A DNA stretch of 64,000 nt from the human T2T-CHM13v2.0 reference genome, Homo sapiens: assembly GCF_009914755.1 (NCBI RefSeq), contig NC_060936.1. One strand, 5' to 3'. Positions 1 to 16,887 of this stretch are shown here, in pieces. Position 1 is the stretch's first letter; each line of letters starts with the position of its first letter. A program made the position numbers and the translations under genes. The notes under the pieces are model-generated. The model saw only the letters and a program-made list of their open reading frames with translations, was not told where the DNA came from and did no database searches.

Positions 1-288
1 TTGACAGCTGAACCCAGCCTCGCAGCCAGCAAGCCTAGAGGTGACCTGTGAGTGAGAAAGCCTCCAGGTGAAGGAAGTCCCAAGCCTCAGAGTCAGCCTT
101 GTCACTGAAGTCTCTTTTGTTGAGGCCTCCACCACTGTGAGCATAGACAGCCCATGCCCTCTGTGCCTGATCTGAATTCCCATTTCCAAGCTCCTGTGAG
201 CTATAATAAACTGGCTTTTGTTCTGTATAACTGCCTATATACCACTACATTTGGGGTGGTGTGTTAGGCAGCAGACAACTGGAATAGG
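1..288 (+). mobile_element. MLT1 (ERVL-MaLR) LTR, 3' part
   Basis: Ends with aataaa...ccactacatttggggtggtgtgttaggcagcagacaactggaata, a typical MLT1 terminus. Confidence 0.65.
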
Positions 289-339
289 CATGCTTGCATT
301 GCTGGCAATATTGGTTAGATGCAACAAGCCAGACCTGGT

Positions 340-1045
340 AGAGATTTAAGAGTTACTCATGCACTGTTGGACCTGGTAATTCCACTGCTGGAAATCTATC
401 AAAAGGAAATAATCTCAAATGGGAAAAGTGGATTAAACATTATGCATGGAGATGTTCATCACAGAACTATTTATAATGGTAGAAAATTTAAAACAACCTA
501 GTTTTCCAATGATGGGGACATGGTTCCTTGATAAAATAATTATGGCTGCCACTGAAGGTCTAAATAAGTGCCAGGCACTGCAGTAAGAGCTGCCTATATA
601 TCAACTACGAATCTTCCCAACAAACTTTGAGGTTATTATGACCTCAATTCCCTACCATACAAACGTGGAAATTGAAGCTTAGAAAGCTTGTCACTTGCCC
701 AAGGTGGTAAGCAGCCAGTCTGCTGACTACGAAGTCCTGCTGGTCACAGTATACATGATATTGATTTAAGGCAGGAGAATGATTGAGAAAATCTGTGGAA
801 GAGCCATGCCATGGCATATTAGGTAGTCTTTATAAATAATTGTATAAAGAATTTTTAATAATAGGAGAAAGTGTTTATGCTAAGTGGCAGAAAAATGCAG
901 AATGAAAGTGGTGTATACAATAAAATATCAACTTATTGAAACTATGCATAAAGAAAAATGCAGGAAGCATGTACAACCTTAACGGCGGGTGGTAGGATTG
1001 TGTATGTGTGAGCCACTCTAAGCTTTTCTGTATTTTCAGTTTTTC
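340..1045 (+). mobile_element. Old L1M 3' fragments interrupted by a MIR (~560-740)
   Basis: taattccactgctggaaatctat...gatgttcatcacag...aaacaaccta motifs of the L1 ORF2 end/3' UTR. Confidence 0.55.
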
Positions 1046-1500
1046 TACTAGAGGCAAAGGCTGCAGAAGAAAAAAAGCACAAAAAGGAAGTGAACAAAAG
1101 TTAACGAGAGTCAGCCATGATTAAACAGCAAAATGACCAAAGAGAACTAAAGTTGCCAGTTAGTTAAAAAGGAAAAAAAGCTCATTAGTGTGATAATTAT
1201 CTTGTGCTTCTGTTCTGACAAGTCACCTGGGAGAGCACTCCGTGGCTGGGCTGGGAGTGGGAGAACCACAGAGCTCTGGGTGGGGCCCCTTCTTCCAGCC
1301 AGGGATCTATGAGATGTTCGAGGGAAGGTCTGTGAGCGTCTCCTATGGCCACTCACACAGGGATCCAGCCTGTTGGGGCAGGAGCTGGAAGGGAACGTGG
1401 ACATGAAATGATGGAACAGAAACACTGTATGTGGTGGCTTACAGGAGAGACTCTGGGAAGTGTGGGTCACATAGGCCGGCTGTCTCTCCTCCATGAAACC

Positions 1501-1567
<67 letters not shown>

Positions 1568-1582
1568 CAGAGACAGACAGAC
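1501..1582. repeat. Compound microsatellite (TG)n(AG)n(ACAGAG)n
   Basis: Directly visible. Confidence 0.95.
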
Positions 1583-2069
1583 TTGGGTGTCTGGGGCAGG
1601 CTGCTTTGTTGTGATGATGTCTTGTATCTCCTTAGACATCTCCTTTGAGTTCATTCTCAATAGTGTGCCAAAATCACAGATGTTGCCCAAAGCGTAGGAG
1701 GCAGACCATGTTGTACTTAAAGCCAGGACTTGAGTCTGAGACCTGACTCTACTGTGCATCGGTGGCTGGGCCTTGGGCAAGACAGAGCCTTAGTTTTGCC
1801 TTCTGTGGAATGGGAACAAGAATGATGCCTTATTCACAGGTTCATCTCCAGGATTAAATAAAACGATGCATAACACAATCAGGCGGCACTTAGCACTGTG
1901 GCGAAATAGCTCTTGCTGATAGTAGCACTTAGAGTAACAGGTTCTGATTTTAATTGAACACTTTATATGAGTATGCTTTTTCTCCTCTCTTCACGTATCA
2001 ATGACATTTCTTTTTACACTTAAAAAAAGAAAAGGTTGCCCTTGAGTTTGTACTATACATTCACAGCCA

Positions 2070-2725
2070 CTCCAAGACAGAGGGAGCCTTCTGATACCCG
2101 AGTCTGATCCTCTCCTTCCTCTGCTCAGAATCCATAAGCACACCTTATCTCATTCCGATAAAAGCCGAAGTCCTTATGGTGGCCCCACGGCCCAGTACAG
2201 CGTGGTCCTGGGCTTCTCCTGATCCCATCTCCTTCTGCCTATGCCCTGCTCTGGCCACACTTGTCTCCTCACTTTTCTTCCCACCCACCGGGCACCTCCC
2301 ACCTCCGGGCTTTTGTTCCCGTTGTTCCCTTGCCAGGAGTGCGCTTCCCAGGTATCTGTTTGGCCAACACCCTCACATCCTTTTAAGTCTCTGCCCAGAT
2401 CCCGTCTTCCCAGGATGGCCTTCCGGGACCTCTCTACTTCACACTGTCTGCCCAGATCCCGCCTCCCAGGATGGCCTTCCCGGACCTCTCTGCTTCACAC
2501 TGTGACCTGCCAATTGGGCACCACCTGCCCTGTTCCCCACTGCTTGTATCACCTTCTGACAAACTGGATAATCTACTTGCTCTGTTTATGATTTGCTGTT
2601 GGTCTCCCCCAACAAGAACATCCATCCCATGAGGGGAAGAATGGCTTCTCTGCCGTATCTCAAATGCTCGGCATAGAACCCAGCACCTGGCGGGGGCTCC
2701 TAACTGTCACCTGGGTGAATGAATG
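2070..2725 (+). mobile_element. L2 3' fragment with an internal ~57-bp tandem duplication (2391-2503)
   Basis: Pyrimidine-rich L2 tail ending gtgaatgaatg; ctgcccagatcccg...cttcacactgt occurs twice. Confidence 0.6.
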
Positions 2726-3976
2726 CTCCAGTGAGCATTGGCTGCAAAGTGTCTTTCCATCCCACTCCTTTATCACTGTGTGAAGAATCACCGAACCGGG
2801 ACCAGGCTGTCTGGGCAGGAGGACTCCTCAGGCTCCTTGTGCTACGTTAGGGATTGCAGCAAAAGGAGCCGGGGAAAGCTGTTAAACTGACAGCCGGGGC
2901 CTGGTAATCTCTTAACCGTGCACAGGAGGCCTACAGATTCCCAGCTGCTGTGGAAGATGCATGCTTGTCCCTAACAGGTCTGCACGAGCAGCTGTGAGTG
3001 AGCTCGTCCATCCGTCCTTCTGAGAGAGCAGAGCAGTGGGAAGAATGGTCTTGGTCTTGCTGGCTCTCTGTTCTCTAGGCTAAGGGGAGGGTGACGGAGC
3101 TGGAGGTTGCTGTGCTGGCCACAGGTCCAGAGACTCTGGGTTTCCTTGGGGGGGTCCTGCCTGGGTCAGCATTGGATGGCTTTTCCTACCCAGTGAGACA
3201 ACAGGGTGGATGGGAGGAGGAGGGAGCCTTTTTCCCCTTGGAAGGGGATCGTCTCATGTCCCGAGGCAGGCACACGGTGGCACATGTTTCAACCTCCCTG
3301 CTGCATGGTGTAGACCTGACAGGTGATAGGGTGACAGGTGTGGATGGGCCTCTGAGCATTGTTATTGGCCCACTGTCACCAGAAGCCCTTCTCCTGGGGT
3401 GCCCTGTGTGGAGCGTCCTGGGGAAAATGGCCAGCCTTCTGGCTTAGTGCTGTTCCCAACACCATCCATCCTCCAAGTTTTAGAAAGCAGAGCAGGACCA
3501 CGCTTCAGCGGCCACCTATTGCTGGTGATTCATTCCATCAGCATTTATTGAGCACCTACGATGTGTCAGGCATTACGCTCAATACTGGGGCTAAAAGGTG
3601 GACCTCACTTCCCTGCAGCTAGGTAAGTGGAAGCAAGAATTGAGATGCTCAAGGGTGAGGTCCTAAATATTCACACCCAGTTCAGTGCAGGTGCTGGCCA
3701 AGCAGACTGCTGGTGCTCTAGACCTCCACCTGTGATTTGGAGGAACATGAGCCCTGGGAGGAACAGGGACAGGATCTTCTAGGAGTGAGTGGACCCATAA
3801 ATGAAGGGGGAGCCCTGGGGTGGCTCATGGGTTACATCCCATTTCCTCCTGCCTACTCCTTCACTCTGCTGTGGTTCTTCCTCCTCTCTCTTTCTCCCAC
3901 ATTATCCACACTCCTTTCTCCGCTGGACCATTCCCAACAGTAAACAAGCATGCTCGCCTCCTAAGAAATACCTTTA

Positions 3977-4381
<405 letters not shown>

Positions 4382-4393
4382 TCAAGAGTGTTA

Positions 4394-5040
<647 letters not shown>

Positions 5041-6202
5041 CATCACTTGTTTTTTAGAGATGAGGTCTTGCTGTGTTGCCCAGGCTGGCCTCAAACTCCG
5101 GGCTCAAGCGATCCTCCTGCATAGCTGGGACTATACAGGTGTGCACCCTGGCGCTCTGCTGCCATCCATTCTTTTACCTTGTTCTCTCTTGAACCCGCTT
5201 TTATCAGGCTGTACCCCCCACTGTACTATGCAGCAGCTCTTGTCAAAGTCACCCCACTGTCTCTCCAACACTCGGGTCTGTTCCTTTCTCCCTCCCTCCT
5301 GGATCTGCTCTTCCCTGGGCCCTGGGACTCATCACTCACTGGCTTACTTCCTGCCTCCCTGGCGGCTCCTCCCAAGCCCCATTGTGGCTCCCCATCCATC
5401 TCCCTGACCTTCGGCATCTGGAATGATCCAGGACCTGGTCCTCCAGCCCTTCCCATGTCAATACCTTGGATGGCTGCCTCCAGTCTGCGGCCTTCCAGAC
5501 CGACTCTGGGCTGATGGCGCCTGCTTCACCCTTCCCTGACCTGCTCAGGAGCTCCCTAGAGCCTTCAGGAGCCACCTCTAGCCCCATGCAGCCTGTGCAT
5601 CCTTTGGTCTCCCCATCCCAGAAGCAGCACCTCATTGCTCCAAGTGTGTAGACCCAAAGCCCTGGGGCCACCCTTGTCACCGCTTTTCCAGACGCATGTC
5701 ACCACGTCAGTGTCAGTGTTCACATCCTGTCTGATCCACCAGCAGATCCTGCTGGCTCTTCCTCCAAAGGATGCCCAGAATCTGTACTCTTCTCACCCTG
5801 GTCTAAGTGACCCCTCCCACCCTGGTTCACTCTCCTGGACCGGCCTGCGTCCCCCACTTGCCCTGCTGTCTGTCCACACAGAGCTTGTGGGGTTCTGTAA
5901 GTTGTCAATCAGATTATGCCATTTCCCTGCTCTCAACTCCCTGCTGGCTTCCTTCCTCACTCAGAGCAAGAACCCCAAGTCCTGCTCATGGCCTGAGGCC
6001 CTGCAGGGTCTGGCTCCCAGCTGTTCCTCCCATGCGCCCTGCGTGGGCCGCCACGGGGGCTTTGCACTCGCTGTGCTTGCTGCCTGCAACACCTTCCCCC
6101 AGATACCTCCAGGCCTGCTCTCTCCCTTTCTTCACGATCACCCCACCTAAAGGAACCCCTCTCCCTACCCCAGCCACGGCCCTTCCTCTTAGCCTGCCCT
6201 TT

Positions 6203-6343
6203 TGTTCTTTTTTTTTTGGTACATGTAGAGATAAGGTCTCGCTATGCTGCCCAGGGTGGTCTCCAACTCCTGGCCTGAAGCAGTCCTCCCACTTCAGCCT
6301 CCCGAAGCATTGGGATTACAGGCATGTGCCACTGCACCTGGTC
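6203..6343 (-). mobile_element. FLAM-type Alu monomer
   Basis: T tail followed by a single reverse left arm. Confidence 0.75.
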
Positions 6344-6589
6344 TCTTTTGTTCTTTATATCCCTTGTTACAGCCCGACCACCTGACACCCTGACAGAGCC
6401 AGAGGCTGTAGGGAAGCTGAGCCAGCCCCCAAGTGGCATCAGATGGCACCTTGGCCCCTGTGTGTGGCCCTAGAGAAGTGGCACCTACCTATCTGCCTAC
6501 ATCCAGAGATCATGTCACTGCAACCCTGCGCCCAGCCCTAGATAACACTAAGGCCCTGTCTGAGCAAAGGGGAACATCTTTGTCATAAT

Positions 6590-6830
6590 AACTACCATTT
6601 ATAGAGTGCCTACTGTATACCAGGACCTGTTCTGAGCACATCAGGTGACTTGACTCATTTAATCCTCATAGCAACTCCATGAGGTAGGAGGAGCCGTCAT
6701 TAGCTCATTTTATAGATAAGGCAACTAAGACATAGAGAGGTGGAGTAACTTGCCCAAGGCCACACAGCTGGCAAAGGGCATGGCTGGGATCTGAACCCCG
6801 GCCACTGTGCCTCCAGAGTCCACACACTTA
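6590..6830 (-). mobile_element. MIR
   Basis: attttatagataaggcaactaagacatagagagg...taacttgcccaaggccacacagct core. Confidence 0.8.
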
Positions 6831-7299
6831 GGTGCTGCACTGGGCGAGCCTTGTTCCTTCAGCTGCCTGCAAACAGCCTTACCTGTACTATGCCTGCACT
6901 GGGGTGCTTTTGTGATGACAGCTTTCTCGGTGACTTCTGAGGATGGGTTCCCATGGCATATAACTTACAAATAATTCAAAAGGAGAATGTTATGAGGTTG
7001 CCTCCATTGCTACGTGACTCTGGGAGATATATATGTATATATATATATGTATGTATGTTGGTATACATGTTGGTATTTATTTAAAAAATTTCTTTAGTTG
7101 AAATTTCGAGCATTTGACCTAAGTGGCTGATAATATCTCATAAAAGCTGACATTTGTTAGTGGATTATAATATGTCAGGCTCAGTGCTACCTGCTTTCTG
7201 TGGATTATCTCAGAATCCTCGCACTGATCTGTATTTTTCATTTTATAGAGGGATCTATGTGGAGGTGCTGAGTTGTCAAAGGACACTGGCAGAGCTTGA

Positions 7300-8555
<1,256 letters not shown>

Positions 8556-8679
8556 AGACACACAATCTATAACTGGCAGAGCTGGATTTGAACCCAGGCC
8601 TGCCCGAATCTAAAGTCTGGGATGGGACTCTGGATTTTCGGTGCTTGCAAAGAGGGCAAAAGGTGTTTTCCCCCTTCTT

Positions 8680-10680
<2,001 letters not shown>

Positions 10681-10706
10681 ACTAGTGTTTAAAAATTTTC
10701 TTCTTT

Positions 10707-10877
10707 AGCAAGGCATGGTGCTGCTTGCCTGTAGTCCCAACTACTTGGGGGGCTGAGGAGGGAGAATCTCTTGAGGCAGGGGGTTCAAGGCTGTAGTGCA
10801 CCATGTCTGCGCCTGTGAATAGCCACTGCACTCCAGCCTGGGCAACATAGTGAGACCCCATTTCTAAAAAAAAAAAT
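10707..10877 (+). mobile_element. FAM (free Alu monomer)
   Basis: Contains the 7SL-derived gcgcctgtgaatagccactgcactccagcc segment diagnostic of FAM. Confidence 0.85.
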
Positions 10878-12349
10878 CTTTTCTTCTTTGCTGCTGCTTC
10901 ACATTCGTAGTGCAGGTATTGACACATTCTTAGCATAGCACTGGTGAGCTTTTTCCTGAGTGTTGGGAGGTCATTGTTCTCTCTGGTAATCACTATTGGA
11001 GCCATCGTCTTGTTGGAAGTAAGACATTTGCTTTGCTGTTTCAGGATATTAGACTTGTTACTTTTTAACTCCCCTGGGGAGGTTGGGCACTCCTTGTCAT
11101 GGATTGGAGAACTCCCCAGCTACTCTGAATATGTTGGTACACTTCTGAAGCCTTACAAATATCAGTTGCCTTCTTTTCAACCCGTCTCCTACAACTTCTT
11201 CAGGAGTGCCATCATGGAGATCAGACGTGGGTGACAGTTTAGATTCAGGGGTTCCCATTCAGCAATAAGAGACCTGTGTGAGTAAATACTGCTGAGACCT
11301 TTTAGCTGCAAACCTTGACATACGAGATTCATGCTGGGATTTGCTGTCATGAGGAGGCATCAGCCGGAGCTCGTAACTAAAGTTCTGATGGGAAGTGGGA
11401 GTCCAATTTTAATGGCTTATCAGTGTAGTGTGAGATGGCAGCCACATGTCCAAAGCCCAGGGTAGGGGGGGGAAGGCTGTCTGTTAAAAGTTAATGATCT
11501 AAGAAGTCCTGGCATAAAGTAAAGCCTTGAGTGAAATTCCATGGCATCGCGGACAGTTAATTCTTTATTAGGTTTTCCTAAGATGGAGATAAAAAGCATT
11601 TTATCTTTTCTAAGGTTTGTATTAACATGTCATTGCGTTTTATAGATACATTGGTCTTCGTTTGGCCAATCTGGGACAGGTAATGGAAATACATGCTTTG
11701 TGGGATGGCAAAGAAAACCTCCTAACACTTTGCTGTGATTTATTATTGTTTTGTTGGAGATCTCTAAGTTTAAAAGACAAGGAAATCTTGATTTAGGGAA
11801 ATGAGAGCCAGATGGACTGTTCGTGTTGCTTCCCACCTGGCTGACGTTGAGTTTCCATCTTTCTCTATTGCTGGGTATGTTTAACAACTCTGTACTCCAG
11901 TGAAGTTAGAGATCATGCTAGGTTATTTTGTCTGCGAGATCCTTGTAATGAGCTTTTTGGGTAGAGAAGGAGGAAAAGTCAGAAGTTCCAGGCTTCACTA
12001 GCTTTGTGCTACAGCTGTTGTCTAAGTGGAGATTCATTTCTTAGAGTCTTGTGCCAGGAATGTTACCGATAGGCCCCAGGGGGCCAGGCAGGTAAGGTGA
12101 TAAGCTTAGCTGGCCAACTGGAAGCTTTGGTTGGCTGCCTGGTCCAAGGAGGTGGACACTGCCCATCTCCAACCAGGAACTGGAGTCTAAAGTTGGCAGA
12201 TTGTCTAATTTTCCAACCATGACTGGAAATCTGGACTCTTACGACAAATGTGGGAAATAAATCTAAATTAAAAAATATTATGCAGGCTTAACACAACACA
12301 CCTGCCGGCCACATTTAGCTCTTGGAGCCTCAGGTTTTAGCAGATGGCA

Positions 12350-13325
12350 GATGAAGCTTATTCAATCTATCTCCAGCCAGGACTTCTCCCCTGGGCTCCA
12401 GACGTCTTTCTCTGACTGTCTACATGACATCTCTACCTGGACGTCTCATTGGTATCTCATACTCACCTGGCCCAAAACCATACTTCCCACCTTTGCCCTG
12501 AATCTGTTCCTCCCACAGCCTTCCCTACTGCTGATGGCAATTCCATCCTTCTAGCTTCTCAGGCTAAAAAACCTAGAGCATCCCTGATTCTTCCCCTCTA
12601 ATTCCTTCCAAGCCTCAGCAAATCTTGTGGCTCTGTCTTCCAAATATATTCAGAAATTAACTCCTTCTCCTTCCCTTCACTGCTCCCAGCCATTATTGTT
12701 GCTTGCCTGGACCATTGCAGTGGCCTCCTCCTTTGTCCCTTCTCAATCCTTTCTTCCCACAACAACCAAAGCAGCTTTGCTGCATGTCAATTGCACCATG
12801 TTCTTCCTCTGCTCAAAATGCCCCAGTGATGTCCATCTCATTCCAAGTAAAAGCCAGTGTCCTTCAAGTTGATCAGAATGCTCTAAATAATTGGTCATTC
12901 CCATTACCTCTATGACTTCCTGTCTGTTTACTTGCTCCAGTCTGGCCACACTGGCCTCCTGCTAGCCTTGGAAACACCCTGGGCATGCTCCTGCCACAGG
13001 GACTTTGCACCTATTTCCTCTTCTTGGGACCTCCTCCTTTCCCTTTCTGTGCTCCTACCTCTTTAGACCTTTATGATGGTGGCCCTTGGCCTGAGGAGGT
13101 TCTTGGCTTCCTACTTAACACTGCAACCACTTGGAGTCCACTCCAGTGTTGCTTATCCTTCTTCATTTTTCTCCATGTCATTTGCAGCTGTCTAGAATCC
13201 TATGCATGTTATTATTTATTTCATTGGTGGTCTTTCTTTTTCCCACTAAACCCATCAGCTCCACAAGACCAGGGATTCTGTCCGGCACATAGAGAGGGCT
13301 CATTTTTGAATAAGTGAATGAATGG
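12350..13325 (+). mobile_element. L2 3' region
   Basis: tctccagccaggacttctcccctgggctccagac...; tail ttgaataagtgaatgaatg. Confidence 0.75.
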
Positions 13326-13751
13326 TGTAGACACTCAGGAAGGTTTCGTGCAGTATCATGACAAACCCATGGATTTAAATACGACTAATGTGTTTCAGTC
13401 TGTATGGTTGTGATTCTTTTTGATTTAAGTGATTTTCTTAACCTCTCTGTACTTTGGGATCCTTCCTGTAAAATAGGAATAATAATAGCACTCAACCTCT
13501 TAGGACCGTTGTTGGATTGAATGAATGAATGAATGCATGGAAAGCACTTAGAACAGTGCAAATCAGAAAAGCGAGATAGGGTGTGCTATTATTATTATTA
13601 CTGTTTATCTGTGTGAAAATGAAAACATTACAAATAGGGCTAAAGTCTGTTGTGATCAGCATCCCAAGCCCCACGTCTCTCTCTACTTTCTCTCCAGAGG
13701 TAACCACAGTTATTACACCTTTATTTTCTTTATTTCAGATCATGTCTATGT

Positions 13752-14390
13752 GTATACTTGTAATATAAGTATATATATGTTATATAAGTATATATATACT
13801 TGCAATATAAGTATATATACTTGTAATATACTTGTATTATAAGTATATATACTTGTAATATAAGTATATACATACTTATATTACAAGTATATATACTTAT
13901 AATACAAGTATATTACAAGTATATATACTTATATTGCAAGTATATATACTTATAATACAAGTATATTACAAGTATATATACTTATATTACAAGTATATAT
14001 ACTTATAATACTTATAAGTATATATACTTATATTAATATATACTTATATATTTATATATACTTATATTACTTATATACTTATATTACTAAATATATATAT
14101 TAAGTATATATACTTATATTACTTAATATATACTTATATTACAAGTATATATATATTAAGTAATATAAGTATATTAAGTAATATAAATATATATAAGTAA
14201 TATAAGTATATATAAGTAATACAAGTATATATACTTGTAATATATGTATATATGTATAATACAAGTATATTATAAGTATATATACTTACAATACAAGTAT
14301 ATTACAAGTATATATATACACATAAGTATATACATATACTATATATAGTATAAGTATATATATAGTTATATATATGTGTATACATATATA
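13752..14390. repeat. AT-rich minisatellite-like repeat (TATATACTTG/CAAGTATATA units) containing a long palindrome
   Basis: Directly visible; unit orientation flips at ~13870. Confidence 0.9.
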
Positions 14391-15939
14391 TTCACCTGTA
14401 GAAAAATACAGTATTTTAAAAAAGATATACTTTACATAATATTTTTGCAACTTGCCTATTTTCCCTCAACAATGCATCCTGAAGATGGTTTCACACCACT
14501 TCATAGATGTCATCCACTCTGTTCTTTGCTGCTGCTGTATATTGTTCTGGAATATGGAACTGCTCTGGACACCTTAGCTATTCCCCACTTGTGGACATCT
14601 AAGCTGTCTCCAAGTGTCTTCCATTATGAGCAATGCTTGGCTAATATCCTGTTATCTGACTGAGTGCTTAGCCTTTCTCCAGGGTGAATATTAAGACATG
14701 AGATTGCTGGGCTCAAGGGGTTATGCATTTGCCATTTTAATAAATTATTGCACATTGTGCTTTAAAATGTGGTTGCCAATTACAATTCTACTAGCAGGAT
14801 GTGAAAAACCTTTCTTTTTTTTTAATTGTAATTTTTATTTTGAGGAATAAAAAAAGTGAAAAGTACAAAGAGTAACATAACAAATATCAGTGTATTCCAC
14901 ACCTAGAAATGTCAGCTGTTCACATTTTGTCACTTTTGCAGCAGGTCTTTTATTATTTTGTAAAAAAAAGGACCCAAACATTACAGAAAACATTGAAGTT
15001 CTCTTTTGCACCATCCTCAATTCCATCCCCTCTCCCAGAGGCAAATATGATCATGAATTTAATGTTTTTATATTTTTCCTTATATATGGAACCATGAACA
15101 ATATATTATTCTTGTGCATTTAATTTTTCATTTAAATGTTATATTGATATAGTATTCTGCAACTTGCTTTTTTTCAGCCAACAATATATTCTGTAGACCT
15201 AACCATGTTAGCACATTTACACTTACCTCAATCTTTTTACCTGCTGTGTAATATTCCATCATGTCATGATTTATTTAGCTCTTCTCCACCTGATGGGCTT
15301 GTAAACTGATTCTAGTTCTCTGCTATTATGACTAATCCTAAACTGAACATTGTGGTCAGGAGACATTCAGATTCTTTGTTATATATTTTAATAATGCTTC
15401 AATTTTATATGCTATTTGGAATAAGATGCTCTTTATCTTTTCATAGACTCAGAAGCAGCCTTGAAAAGAAAAATATCACTTTATCTGCCTTCCTCTACCT
15501 GCCAGATGTTTGTTCTTTTAGGGGTAGTAAGATTAGATCTTTGCAGCTTGCTTTTATTAGTTTGGTTATTGTGGTTACTACTAGTACACATCAGGTGAAA
15601 ACATTCATTCCCACACTTTAGAATCTTAATTATTTGGTTCTTTTTGTATCTGATGTTCTCATTCATTTGACCGATATTTTCTGAGCACCTACTATGTGCC
15701 AGGCTCTGTCCTAGGCAGGGAAAACTCAGATGTGGTGTTTGTCCTCTTGGAATTTCCATTCTCGGGGGAAATGGACAATACAACAGGCAAAAATCAGCAC
15801 TTCTGCTTCCCCTCCAGGTTCATCACTGAAGAGCTAACGGAGATGTGCTTCCTTGGCAAAGTCTGTCCTCTGGCTGAGCCCTCAAGGAATTTTATAGTGA
15901 GCTGTTAGAGTGAGGCTCAAAATTAAAATTTCTAGGAGT

Positions 15940-16442
15940 TGTGTTCTTATGATCAATTGCTGCATAACAAACTACCCCAAGACCTGGTGACTTAAAAGAA
16001 CAATGACATTTATTTTGCTCACTAGTTTAGAATTGGGACAGGGTGTGGCAGGAACAGCTGTCTTTGGTCCACTTGTTGTCATCATCCTAGGCAGCTCAAA
16101 GGAGTCATCTCAGGGCTCACTCGAATGTCTGGGGGTTGATGCTGCTGTCTGCTGGGATCACAGCTTGGCTGTGGCTGGAACACCTCCATGAGCCCCTTCC
16201 TGTGGCTGCCTGGCTTCCTTGCAATATGGCAGCTGGTTGCAAGGGTGAGCGTCCCAAGAGGACCAGGCAGGAGCTGCATTTCCTTTTATGACTGCCTCAC
16301 AAGGCCCATGGAGTCCCTTTCACTGTAGTCCCAGGCCCACCCAGACTCAAAGGGAAGGGACATTGGCCCATCCCTGTAGGAAGGAATGTCATGTGAGATG
16401 GATCTACTGGTGTGACCCTCTGGAAGACACCATCCACCACAA
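15940..16442 (-). mobile_element. MLT1 LTR
   Basis: ttgctgcataacaaactaccccaagacctggtgacttaaaagaacaat reverse terminus. Confidence 0.7.
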
Positions 16443-16873
16443 GCTGTGCAAAGCAGCTCTTCCTGCACACGTGTCCAGCCAGATCTCCTGGTGGGCAGTG
16501 GCATGGCTTGTGGGAGACCCGGACAGAGGTGGTGGTGTGGATGGTGGCTGGGAATTATAGCAGGATTGTTGAGGGCTCCTGTTTGCTAGGCACACTGCCT
16601 GTCTCCTTAGATCCCCACTACACCCATGGTCCCTCCCATTTTACAGTTGAGGAAGCTGAGGTGCAGAGCTCTTGAGTAAGCTCCAGGGTTCACACAGTTA
16701 ATCAGCAGGGAAACTTGGGCTTGAACCCAGGCCTATAAGTTAGACTGCCCTCTTCAAGTCTACCTAACCACTCCCTACCCCAGGGAGGTAAGACTTCTCT
16801 ACTCGGAAAGCTCCCAGCCACGGGTCCCCCGTGGGGCTGTCTCTCAGTGGCTGCTTCCTCTGGTAGGCCTCTG

Positions 16874-16887
16874 GTTACCATGGCAAC
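16874..16887. promoter_or_regulatory. RFX X-box
   Basis: GTTACCATGGCAAC fully fits the RFX consensus GTNRCC-N(0-3)-RGYAAC and lies in non-repeat sequence. Confidence 0.55.

Noticed and set aside
11540-11560. REST/NRSE-like gcatcgcggacag
   Set aside because: Too many mismatches to TTCAGCACCACGGACAGCGCC in both flanks.
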